In this document: positions 40,225 through 48,343 of the stretch, one piece after another
Numbering within the stretch: the stretch's first letter is position 1
Layout of the letters: each line of letters starts with the position of its first letter
Assembly: GCA_036003365.1 (NCBI GenBank)
Contig: DASYSL010000004.1
Coordinates: 1-60,695, forward strand
DNA from: Candidatus Eiseniibacteriota bacterium
GTDB lineage: Bacteria; Eisenbacteria; RBG-16-71-46; DASYSL01
Reading direction: 5' to 3'
Length of the DNA stretch: 60,695 bases
Notes under the pieces: generated by a model
The model's input: the letters and a program-made list of their open reading frames with translations, nothing else
Databases searched by the model: none
What the model was told of the DNA's origin: nothing
Translations under genes and position numbers: made by a program

Positions 40225-40611
40225 CTAGGGGTCCGAGATCACTTGCAGGCGAACCGGTGTGACGCCAGCGCTCACGAATCCGAGAAGGTCCGCGGCGTGG
40301 CGCGACACATCGATCACCCGATGGCGGTTGTGGGGGCCGCGGTCGGTGACGGTGACGACGACGCTGCGATCGTTCCTCACGTTCGTCACCCGCACGCGCG
40401 TTCCGAAAGGCAGGGTACGGTGTGCCGCCGTCAGCTCGTTCTCGTCGTAGATCTGGCCGCTCGCGGTTTTCCTACCGTGAAACTCGTGGGCGTAAAAGGA
40501 AGCCTTCCCCGTGACCTGGGCGGGCTCCGTGCTGGGCTTGGGTGCGTGAACCGTGGCGCATCCGGCGGAGAGAAGGAGAGCGATTGGCAGAATCCAGCGG
40601 ATGGGTCGCAT
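40225..40611 (-). CDS. rlpA: RlpA-like lipoprotein (DPBB domain)
   Basis: Lipobox LLSAGC. Motifs: GKASFYAHEFHGRKTASGQIYD, TAAHRTLPFGTRVRVTN, VTVTDRGP. Confidence 0.85.
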   Translation of the reverse strand: MRPIRWILPIALLLSAGCATVHAPKPSTEPAQVTGKASFYAHEFHGRKTASGQIYDENELTAAHRTLPFGTRVRVTNVRNDRSVVVTVTDRGPHNRHRVIDVSRHAADLLGFVSAGVTPVRLQVISDP

Positions 40612-40750
40612 GCGAACACCTCGACCCTGGCATCGGCTGATTCACGGAATTCTCAAGCAAAGTCTGCTGTCCCCTGGCCCGAGCTCAGGTCCCGGGAGAT
40701 CATGTTCGTCGATGCGACGTGCCAGTCGCCTGCGCCAGGGGTCAATCGCC

Positions 40751-41458
40751 ATGCCAAGGTCCAAGACCAAGATCATCGTTTTCATGGTCATGCTCGCGGT
40801 GCTCTTGAGCCTCGGGTTCGGCGTCTACAGCAATCTCAAGGGGATGGGGCGAGCGGGGTACTGGGAGTCGGAGATCCGAAGATACGAGGAGTCCGACCGC
40901 GCGGCCCCACCCGAGCCGGGGGTCATCGTCTTCACCGGCAGCTCGAGCATCCGGCTCTGGCGAACCCTCGCACAGGACATGGCCCCCTTGACGGTGGTCA
41001 ATCGAGGCTTCGGAGGAGCCCAGATCGATCAAGTGAGCCATTTTGCGTCCAGGATCATTCTTCCGTATCGTCCGCGCGCCGTGGTCCTCTACGCGGGAAT
41101 CGACGACTTGCTCTTCGGCAGGTCTCCGGAGGAAGTGCTCCATGAGTTCCAGGACTTCGTGGCTCTGATCCATGCCGCGCTTCCGGAGACGCAGATCTAC
41201 TTCGTCTCCATCAAGCCGACACGGCTCTTCGCGAGCCGCTGGACCGAGATGAAACGCGCGAACGGGCTGATCGAGGAGTTCGTGCGCACTCAAGCTCGAG
41301 TGCAGTACATCGACGTGAGCGCCGCCTTGCTCGATGCCAAGGGGAACGCTCGCCCGGAGTTCTTGAGATGGGATGGATTACACCCGAGTCGTAAGGGCTA
41401 CGAAGTCATGACTTCGATCATCAAGCCGGTGCTCATGAGGTTCCTGAACAACGACTGA
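40751..41458 (+). CDS. SGNH/GDSL-like esterase with N-terminal membrane anchor
   Basis: ATG 40751. Motifs: VIVFTGSSSIRLW (block I variant), NRGFGGAQ, DGLHPSRKGY (block V). Confidence 0.75.
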   Translation: MPRSKTKIIVFMVMLAVLLSLGFGVYSNLKGMGRAGYWESEIRRYEESDRAAPPEPGVIVFTGSSSIRLWRTLAQDMAPLTVVNRGFGGAQIDQVSHFASRIILPYRPRAVVLYAGIDDLLFGRSPEEVLHEFQDFVALIHAALPETQIYFVSIKPTRLFASRWTEMKRANGLIEEFVRTQARVQYIDVSAALLDAKGNARPEFLRWDGLHPSRKGYEVMTSIIKPVLMRFLNND

Positions 41459-41467
41459 CTGGGCGCC

Positions 41468-43372
41468 CTAACCGGCCTTGGAAACCGCCTCGCGCAGACT
41501 CTTGCCCATTTCCTCGTAGCCGATGATGCCTTCTTCCAGCCACTCGTACTTGCCGTCGAGGACCTGGCGTGCCGTCTTGTAGGCGAGCACGTCGTCGTTC
41601 GACCACACGGCCTTGAACAAATGGGTGATGCGGCGACGGCCGCCGCGGCAGTACAGATCGGCGAGCTGAAGGACCGCCTTCGCCTCGGCCGGATTCTTCT
41701 TGGCGAGCCACTGCGCGCGCACGCAGGTGGCCGACATGGCATAGAGCTCGACGCCCACGTCGACGAGCCGGAAGAGCACCGACTGCCGGCGCTCGAGGCC
41801 GGCCTGGTAGCGCGCCATGCAGTGGAACTGCTCGCGCGCCAGTTTGCGTGCCGCGCGATCGATGAAGCGCATGTGCGTGGCCAGGCGGCCGAACTCGCCG
41901 TACTGCGGCCAGCGTCCCCAGCCGATCCAGCGCGCCGGATACCAGCCGGCGTAGAACACGCCGGCCTTCATCATGGCGGCGGCTTTCTTGTTGCCCGGAG
42001 CCTTGGGATCGATCAAGTCGCCCGCCACCTTCAAGTGCACGTCGACGGCCTCGCGCGCGATGAACAGGCGCAAGATCTCGTTGGAGCCTTCGAAGATGCG
42101 GTTGATGCGCAGGTCGCGCAGCAAGCGCTCGAGAGGGATCGCCGGCTCGCCGCGTGAAGCCAGCGAGCGTGCCGTTTCGTAGCCGCGTCCACCGCGGATC
42201 TGCATGGCGACGTCGGTCATGTTCCAGGCGGCGTCCGAGTTGTAGAGCTTGGCCACCGCGGCTTCGAGGCGGATGTCGGAGCGGCCGCGGTCCGAGAGCA
42301 AGGCGCTCAGATCCGCCACCGCCTCCATGGCGAAGGTGCGCGCGGCCAGCTCGGCGATCATCTGCGCCACGGCGTCGTGATGGCCGACGGGCCGGCCCCA
42401 CTGCACGCGCTCGTTGGCCCACTTGCGCACCACTTCCAGGCACCACTTGCCGCTGGCCGCGCACACGGCCGGCAACGACAGCCGCCCCGTGTTCAAGGTG
42501 ATGAGCGCGAGCTTGAGACCCATGCCCTCGCCCCAGAGAAGGTTCTCGCGCGGCACACGCACGTTCTCGAAGCGCAGCACGGCGTTCTCGATGCCGCGCA
42601 GGCCCATGAACTCCAGCCGATGCGTCACCTTCACGCCGGGCGAGTTGGCTTCGACCAGGAAGGCGCTGATGCGTCCCGCCTTGCCGTCCTTGCCTGGGGT
42701 GCGCGCCATGACCACGAGCAGCTCGGCCACCGAGCCGTTCGTGCACCAGAGCTTCTCGCCGTTCACGATGTACGCGGTGCCGTCTTCGCTTGGCACCGCG
42801 GTCGTCGACATGCGCGCGGGATCGGAGCCGACGTCGGGCTCGGTCAACGCGAAGGCCGACACCGCACCTTTGGCGCAGCGCGGCAGGTACTTCTTCTTCT
42901 GTTCCTCGGTGCCGAACATCTTGACCGGCTGCGGCACGCCGATCGACTGGTGCGCGGACAGCCAGGTCACGAGAGCCGACGAAGCCGTGCCGGCGATCGC
43001 CATCGCCTTGCCGTACGAATATTGGGACAAGCCGAGCCCGCCGTACTCCGCCGGAATCTTGATGCCGAACGCGCCCAGCCGCTTGAGCCCTTCGATCACC
43101 GACTCCGGAACTCGGCCGCTCTCCTCGATCTCTTCCGCGTCGACCTCTTCGCGCAGGAAACGCTCGAGCGCGTCGAGGAACGGGCGCGCGCGCTTCTCGT
43201 CTTCGGGATCGGGCTCGGGATGCGGATAGATGAGATCGAGATCGAGCCGCCCCAGGAACAGCTCGCGCACGAACGACGGCTGGGCCCACTCCGTCTCGCG
43301 CGCGGCTTCCGCGGTGGCCCGAGCTTCGCGCTCGTCGGGACCCTTGGGGGTGGGGTGGTTGGGGGCGCTCAT
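41468..43372 (-). CDS. Long acyl-CoA dehydrogenase (VLCAD/FadE-like, with C-terminal extension)
   Basis: Motifs: ALTEPDVGSDPARM, WCTNG, RIFEGSNEILRLFIARE. The protein is 634 aa. AGGAG lies upstream of the ATG. Confidence 0.85.
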   Translation of the reverse strand: MSAPNHPTPKGPDEREARATAEAARETEWAQPSFVRELFLGRLDLDLIYPHPEPDPEDEKRARPFLDALERFLREEVDAEEIEESGRVPESVIEGLKRLGAFGIKIPAEYGGLGLSQYSYGKAMAIAGTASSALVTWLSAHQSIGVPQPVKMFGTEEQKKKYLPRCAKGAVSAFALTEPDVGSDPARMSTTAVPSEDGTAYIVNGEKLWCTNGSVAELLVVMARTPGKDGKAGRISAFLVEANSPGVKVTHRLEFMGLRGIENAVLRFENVRVPRENLLWGEGMGLKLALITLNTGRLSLPAVCAASGKWCLEVVRKWANERVQWGRPVGHHDAVAQMIAELAARTFAMEAVADLSALLSDRGRSDIRLEAAVAKLYNSDAAWNMTDVAMQIRGGRGYETARSLASRGEPAIPLERLLRDLRINRIFEGSNEILRLFIAREAVDVHLKVAGDLIDPKAPGNKKAAAMMKAGVFYAGWYPARWIGWGRWPQYGEFGRLATHMRFIDRAARKLAREQFHCMARYQAGLERRQSVLFRLVDVGVELYAMSATCVRAQWLAKKNPAEAKAVLQLADLYCRGGRRRITHLFKAVWSNDDVLAYKTARQVLDGKYEWLEEGIIGYEEMGKSLREAVSKAG

Positions 43373-43549
43373 GGGTGAAGTTCTCCTTTAGAGGAGTATC
43401 GGCCCGGAGGCCTCTCGGGACCACCCTGGCCGACGCAGCGTGGGAACTGCCTTGCACTTGGCGGGCTCACCTTAGCAGGTCTTGGGCTCCGCCGCCGGTT
43501 CGGGGCTAGAATGGTGGGGACGGCCCTGGTGTCCATTTTGCCGTACCGC

Positions 43550-44905
43550 ATGGAGGCCCCCGCGATGCTCACGACCCACGCCACCACCATTGGCGGACTC
43601 GACCGCGCCGCCGTCCTCGACTGGTATCGCCTCAACCGAATGCGATCGCGGATGCTGTTCGATTTGGTGAGCGACGACGCCTACAAGACCAATCCCATTG
43701 CCCTGCGCCACGTGATCGCGTTCTACGAGGGGCACCTTCCGGTATTCAGCTTCAACACGCTGATCAAGAAGGCGCTCGGTCAGCCGGGAATCGACGAGCA
43801 CTACGAGAAACTGTTCGCGCGCGGCATCGATCCCGAGGACGAGGAAGCGGCATTGGCGTCGGGCCGCGACTCGTGGCCGGAGCGCCACGAGATCCTCGCC
43901 TATGGCGAAGAAGCCGACCGCCGCATTCTCGATGTGCTCGAGAACGAGGACCTGACGCGCGCCGGCCATCCGCTCCTCGACCGCGCCGAGGCCGTGTTCA
44001 CGATCCTCGAGCACGAAGCCATGCATCACGAGACCCTGCTCTACATCCTGCACCGGCTGCCGTACTCGATGAAGCGCAAGCCGGCGAACGCCGATCCCGT
44101 GCTCGCGGGCGACGTGCCGGCGCAGCGCTCGATCGCCATTCCGGCGGGCCGCGCCACGCTGGGCGCCGAGCGCGATCAGGTGACCTTTGGCTGGGACAAC
44201 GAGTTTCCGCGGCAGGTGGTGGAGGTGCCGGCATTCGAGATCGACGCTTATCCGGTCACCAATCGCGACTGGCTCGATTTCATGAACGCGGGCGGCTACG
44301 AGAAGCCCGAGTGGTGGACCCAGAAGGGTTGGGAGTGGCGCGTGGAGAGCGCGCTTCGCCAGCCCCTCTTCTGGGAGCCGCGCCGTCACGGCTTCGTGTG
44401 GCGCGGGATGTTCGACGAGGTGCCCTTGCCTCCCGCCTGGCCGGTCTACGTGAGCTGGGAGGAAGCGGCGGCATACGCGCGCTGGAAGGGGGGACGCCTG
44501 CCGAGCGAAGCCGAGTTCCATCGCGCCGCCTATGGCACGCGCGAAGGCGTCGAGCGGCCCTACCCGTGGGGCGCCGACGCGCCCGATCCGCGCCGCGGCA
44601 ACTTCGATTTCGCGCACTGGGATCCGACGCCGGTGGGCGCGCACCCGGCCGGCGCAAGTGCTTGGGGCGTGGACGATCTCCTGGGCAACGGGTGGGAGTG
44701 GACGAGCACGGCCTTCACCGGCTTCCCGGGATTCCGGCCCATGAACTCGTATCCGGAGTACTCGGCCGACTTCTTCGACCACGAGCACTACGTGATGAAG
44801 GGCGGATCGTCGGTCACCGCGCGCGAGCTCCTGCGCGCCAGCTTCCGCAACTGGTTCCGGGCCAACTATCCGTATCCGTACGTCACCTTCCGGGTGGCGA
44901 GGTAG
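43550..44905 (+). CDS. egtB: EgtB-type sulfoxide synthase (DinB-like + FGE-sulfatase domains)
   Basis: ILEHEAMHHETLLY (HX3HXE iron motif). The FGE-like part has YPVTNRDWLDF, GRLPSEAEF, GNGWEWT. The start is uncertain (ATG 43511, 43550 or 43565). Confidence 0.85.
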   Translation: MEAPAMLTTHATTIGGLDRAAVLDWYRLNRMRSRMLFDLVSDDAYKTNPIALRHVIAFYEGHLPVFSFNTLIKKALGQPGIDEHYEKLFARGIDPEDEEAALASGRDSWPERHEILAYGEEADRRILDVLENEDLTRAGHPLLDRAEAVFTILEHEAMHHETLLYILHRLPYSMKRKPANADPVLAGDVPAQRSIAIPAGRATLGAERDQVTFGWDNEFPRQVVEVPAFEIDAYPVTNRDWLDFMNAGGYEKPEWWTQKGWEWRVESALRQPLFWEPRRHGFVWRGMFDEVPLPPAWPVYVSWEEAAAYARWKGGRLPSEAEFHRAAYGTREGVERPYPWGADAPDPRRGNFDFAHWDPTPVGAHPAGASAWGVDDLLGNGWEWTSTAFTGFPGFRPMNSYPEYSADFFDHEHYVMKGGSSVTARELLRASFRNWFRANYPYPYVTFRVAR

Positions 44906-44908
44906 CGC

Positions 44909-45904
44909 ATGGCCTCTTCCGCGCCGGCACTCGTCACCGATCCCCGCTCGATCTTCGCCGAGGAGGTGCGGCGCGATCTGGCGCTGTCTCCGCGGCAGAT
45001 CCAATCCAAGTACCTGTACGACGCGTTGGGCTCGTCACTCTTCGAGACCATCTGCCGGTTGCCCTGGTACAAGATCACGCGCGCCGAGCGCGAGCTGCTC
45101 GAGCGGCGGGCGCGCGAGATCGTGGCGGCGCTGCCCGGTCGCATCGCGTTCGTCGAGCTGGGCGGCGGCAACGGCGAGAAATTGGGCATCCTGCTCGAGG
45201 AATTCGTGCGCCGCGGCCGGCGCGCGCGGCGTGCCAACGTTCACCTGATCGACATCAGCGAGGCGGCGCTCGAGCAATCCGAGCAGCGGCTCTCGCGCTG
45301 GGAGCACGTTTCGGTCGTCGGACATCGCGCCACGTATGAAGAAGGTCTGCGCGAGGCGGCCAGGCGGCGCCCCGAGGGCGAGCGCTGGCTCGTGCTCTTC
45401 CTCGGATCCAACATCGGGAATTTCGATCCACCCGCGGCGCAAGACTTCCTGCGCCAGATTCGCGCCGCGCTCCAGCCCGGTGACTTCCTGCTCCTGGGCG
45501 CCGATCTCGTGAAGCCTGCCGAGGAGCTGGCCCTGGCCTACGACGATCCGCTGGGGGTGACGGCGGCGTTCAATCTCAACTTGCTGGTGCGCATGAACGC
45601 CGAGCTGGGGGCTGATTTCGACCTCGAGGGCTGGGAGCATCGTGCGATCTGGAACGCCGAGGCGTCGCGCGTCGAGATGCGCCTGGTGAGCCGCCGTCCC
45701 CAAACCGTGCGCATCCCGGGAGCCGACATCGAGGTGCGCTTCCGCACCGGCGAGTGGATCTGGACCGAGAGCTCCTACAAGTTCGAGGCTCTCGGCGCCT
45801 GCCGGATGGGGGAGGCATCGGGTTTTCGGACGCTGACCCAATGGATCGAGCCCGAAGCGCGTTTCGCCCTCACATTGTTCGAGGTCACTGAACCGGAGCG
45901 CTGA
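44909..45904 (+). CDS. egtD: L-histidine N-alpha-methyltransferase EgtD
   Basis: Motifs: SKYLYDALGSSLFETICRLPWYKITRAERELL, FVELGGGNGEKL, LGSNIGNF. It lies directly after egtB. Confidence 0.85.
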   Translation: MASSAPALVTDPRSIFAEEVRRDLALSPRQIQSKYLYDALGSSLFETICRLPWYKITRAERELLERRAREIVAALPGRIAFVELGGGNGEKLGILLEEFVRRGRRARRANVHLIDISEAALEQSEQRLSRWEHVSVVGHRATYEEGLREAARRRPEGERWLVLFLGSNIGNFDPPAAQDFLRQIRAALQPGDFLLLGADLVKPAEELALAYDDPLGVTAAFNLNLLVRMNAELGADFDLEGWEHRAIWNAEASRVEMRLVSRRPQTVRIPGADIEVRFRTGEWIWTESSYKFEALGACRMGEASGFRTLTQWIEPEARFALTLFEVTEPER

Positions 45905-45941
45905 GAAACTGCCGTTTTCACTTGAATTTTCGCGGCTCCGG

Positions 45942-45955
45942 TGTAATCGTTTTCA
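45942..45955. promoter_or_regulatory. LacI-family-type operator (TGTAATCGTTTTCA) overlapping a promoter-like TTGAAT-16-TAATCG
   Basis: The site has a central CG and TGTAA/TTxCA half-sites, fitting the generic TGnAAnCGnTTnCA pattern. It is a near-copy of the site at 47199. It lies about 245 nt upstream of the 46200 gene. Confidence 0.5.
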
Positions 45956-46199
45956 GGTCGGGCAGTCAGGGTCTCTACCGATTCGACTCTGCTGCGCGAC
46001 TCCCGAAATCCCGATGAAGCACGCGCGCCGCCGCGTGGATCGCACTCGCGCGATCGACGAGTGACGCACCACGGAGAAACTGCCAAGCACGGCGGTCGGC
46101 GCGTCCTTCCCAAGCAACACAAAGTATCGAGCAACAGCTCACGTGCGGTCCGCGCGGATCATCACGTGCTCAACAACACCCGGAAAGGGGAAGCGAAAC

Positions 46200-47045
46200 A
46201 TGAAGCGGATTCGCTACAACAGTCTGGCGCTCGCCGTCATCGCGATCTGTAGCGTGATCGCGGTCGGCGCCGGTGTCGCGCATGCGACGCCTGTGATCAA
46301 CGGCGCCATCATGTACCCACGTGTCTTCAACGACTGTCCGGTCAGCACCTTGAATCCCGGACCAGTCGCTTACCCGGCTTTGATCCATATCGACGAGCAC
46401 GATCTCATCTGCGCGGGCGGAGCCAACCTGCACGTGTGGGATCTCTCGAGCGACGGCGGCGCCTCGTCGGCGATCTTCAACAACAAGGACGCCTTCACGA
46501 TCTCCGCCACCGTGACGCTGCACCGGGCGCCAAGCACCGTGGCTGAAGAGGTAGGCCTGCGCGTGTGCCCGTGGTGGGATCACAATGCCAACGGCTTCTT
46601 CAACATGCGGCTTCCGGACGGCGAGATCGCCTGCTTCGGCGGCGTGCTACCGTTCTTCTCCTTTACGGGCACCTTCGGCGTCCTTGCGCAGTCCGACGTG
46701 CCGGCCCGTCAGACGATCATCTACAACCCTCACTGCAACACGAAGGATGATCCGGCCACCATCGAGTACATCCTGGATCTCCCTCAGGGTCACTTCGACA
46801 GCGGTCCTCTGCCCTTCACCAATTGCACGGCGGGCGAGGAGGCCCATGGCTGCTACGGCATCATGGACGACGCGCGCGTCGGCGGCCGGTTGCAGAACGA
46901 CATGTTCCCGCCGTTCGCGGGCGACCCCGCGGCCAATAACGGCGTGGATTACAACGACATCGTCTACACGATCAACCAGCCTTCGGATTGCCCGGTGCCG
47001 ACGAACAACTCGACCTGGGGCAACATCAAGGCTCAGTACCGGTAG
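46200..47045 (+). CDS. Secreted Cys-rich protein of unknown function
   Basis: ATG 46200 is preceded by GGAAAGGGGAAG. Signal peptide (AVGAGVAHA). The protein has ten cysteines and no recognisable domain. GC is lower than in the neighbours. The C-terminal tail reads STWGNIKAQYR. Confidence 0.55.
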   Translation: MKRIRYNSLALAVIAICSVIAVGAGVAHATPVINGAIMYPRVFNDCPVSTLNPGPVAYPALIHIDEHDLICAGGANLHVWDLSSDGGASSAIFNNKDAFTISATVTLHRAPSTVAEEVGLRVCPWWDHNANGFFNMRLPDGEIACFGGVLPFFSFTGTFGVLAQSDVPARQTIIYNPHCNTKDDPATIEYILDLPQGHFDSGPLPFTNCTAGEEAHGCYGIMDDARVGGRLQNDMFPPFAGDPAANNGVDYNDIVYTINQPSDCPVPTNNSTWGNIKAQYR

Positions 47046-47100
47046 GCTTTCGGGCGGGAGACGCGGAAGCGTTCGGTCTCACGCCTTCGGTTATCCGCCG

Positions 47101-47124
47101 CCCCACGGAGCTCGCTCCGTGGGG
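47101..47124 (+). terminator. Perfect 10-bp GC hairpin after the 46200 gene (no U-tract)
   Basis: ccccacggag-ctcg-ctccgtgggg lies 56 nt after the stop codon. Confidence 0.4.
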
Positions 47125-47198
47125 CGTGCGGTTCCTGATCCGGCTTCACCCGAGGGCCTAGTTCAGCGGTCCTAGACTTGACAGGGTGTCGTGCCGCG

Positions 47199-47212
47199 CG
47201 TAATCGTTTACA
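47199..47212. promoter_or_regulatory. LacI-family-type operator (CGTAATCGTTTACA) overlapping a promoter-like TTGACA-17-TAATCG
   Basis: TTGACA lies at 47178-47183 and TAATCG at 47201-47206. The operator shares 12 of 14 positions with the 45942 site. It lies about 90 nt upstream of the LacI-family gene. Confidence 0.5.
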
Positions 47213-47300
47213 TCGCGAGCCGGGACCGGCCACGAGGTTCGCCCTTCCTCGGTCCTTCCCTCACCCGGCGGTCAGCGACACTCAGAGGAAAGAAGCGTTC

Positions 47301-48332
47301 ATGGCGACCATCAAGGACGTGGCTCGCGATGCGGGCGTCTCGGTGGCGACGGTGTCGCGTGTCTTCAACGACAGCGGCCTGGTCAGCGAGGACACGCGTC
47401 GCACGGTGCTCGATGTGGCGGCCAAGCTCAACTACTGGCCGAACGGCGTCGCCCGCAGCCTGATCACGAGCCGCACCCACGCGCTCGGCGTCCTCTTGCC
47501 CGATCTCGCGGGCGAGTTCTTTTCTGAGGTCATTCGCGGCATCGACCTGGCGGCACGCGCCCGCGGCCTGCACCTGCTCGTTTCGAGCTCGCACGCCGAC
47601 ACGCGCGAGCTGGTGAGCGCGTTGCGCTCGCTGCGCGGGCGCATCGACGGGCTCATCGTCATGGCGCCCGACGTCGACGCGCCCTCGGCCATCCGCGCGA
47701 GCGCCGGCGACTTTCCCATCGTGCTCGTCGATCCCGGCTACGGGGTCGAGGAGTTCGACACGGTCTCCATTGCCAACCATGAAGGCGCGCAGGCCGTGGT
47801 GCGCCATCTGCTGTCGCTCGGGCATCGCCGCGTCGCCACCGTGACGGGTCCGCTCAGCAACATCGACGCCGAGCAGCGGCTGGCGGGCTATCACGCCGCC
47901 ATGCGCGCGGCCGGCGGCGAGATCGCGTCCGATCTCGTGATCCACGGCGATTTCTCGGAGGCTTCGGGACGCGCGGCGGGCGCGGCCATCGCCGCCATGC
48001 AGCCGCGTCCGACCGCGGTCTTCGCCGCCAACGACTACATGGCCGCCGGCGTCATGGCGGCACTCGGCGAAGCCGGCGTGCGCGTGCCCCAGGACGTCGC
48101 GGTCGCCGGTTTCGACGACATTCCCATCGCCCGTTACCTGACACCGCCTTTGACCACAGTCCACGTGGGGCTCCTGGAGCTCGGCGAGCGAGCAGTGAGC
48201 CGCCTCGTCGAGATCCAGAGCGGCCGCGATTCCGCGGTGCCCCAGCACGATGTTCTGTCCACCACCCTGGTGGTACGCCGCTCTTGCGGCGCGCCCTCGG
48301 GCGAGCCCCTGATGGGGAAGGCCCGATCGTGA
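47301..48332 (+). CDS. LacI family transcriptional regulator
   Basis: ATG 47301. MATIKDVARDAGVSVATVSRVFN is the HTH. A periplasmic-binding-protein-like sugar-binding core follows (VPQDVAVAGFDD). Confidence 0.9.
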   Translation: MATIKDVARDAGVSVATVSRVFNDSGLVSEDTRRTVLDVAAKLNYWPNGVARSLITSRTHALGVLLPDLAGEFFSEVIRGIDLAARARGLHLLVSSSHADTRELVSALRSLRGRIDGLIVMAPDVDAPSAIRASAGDFPIVLVDPGYGVEEFDTVSIANHEGAQAVVRHLLSLGHRRVATVTGPLSNIDAEQRLAGYHAAMRAAGGEIASDLVIHGDFSEASGRAAGAAIAAMQPRPTAVFAANDYMAAGVMAALGEAGVRVPQDVAVAGFDDIPIARYLTPPLTTVHVGLLELGERAVSRLVEIQSGRDSAVPQHDVLSTTLVVRRSCGAPSGEPLMGKARS

Positions 48333-48343
48333 GGAGGATTCAC

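Noticed and set aside
41433-43457. 674-aa minus-strand ORF in a different frame from the long acyl-CoA dehydrogenase.
   Set aside because: Its translation is Arg/Gly-rich and featureless. The 41468..43372 frame carries the ACAD motifs and an RBS.
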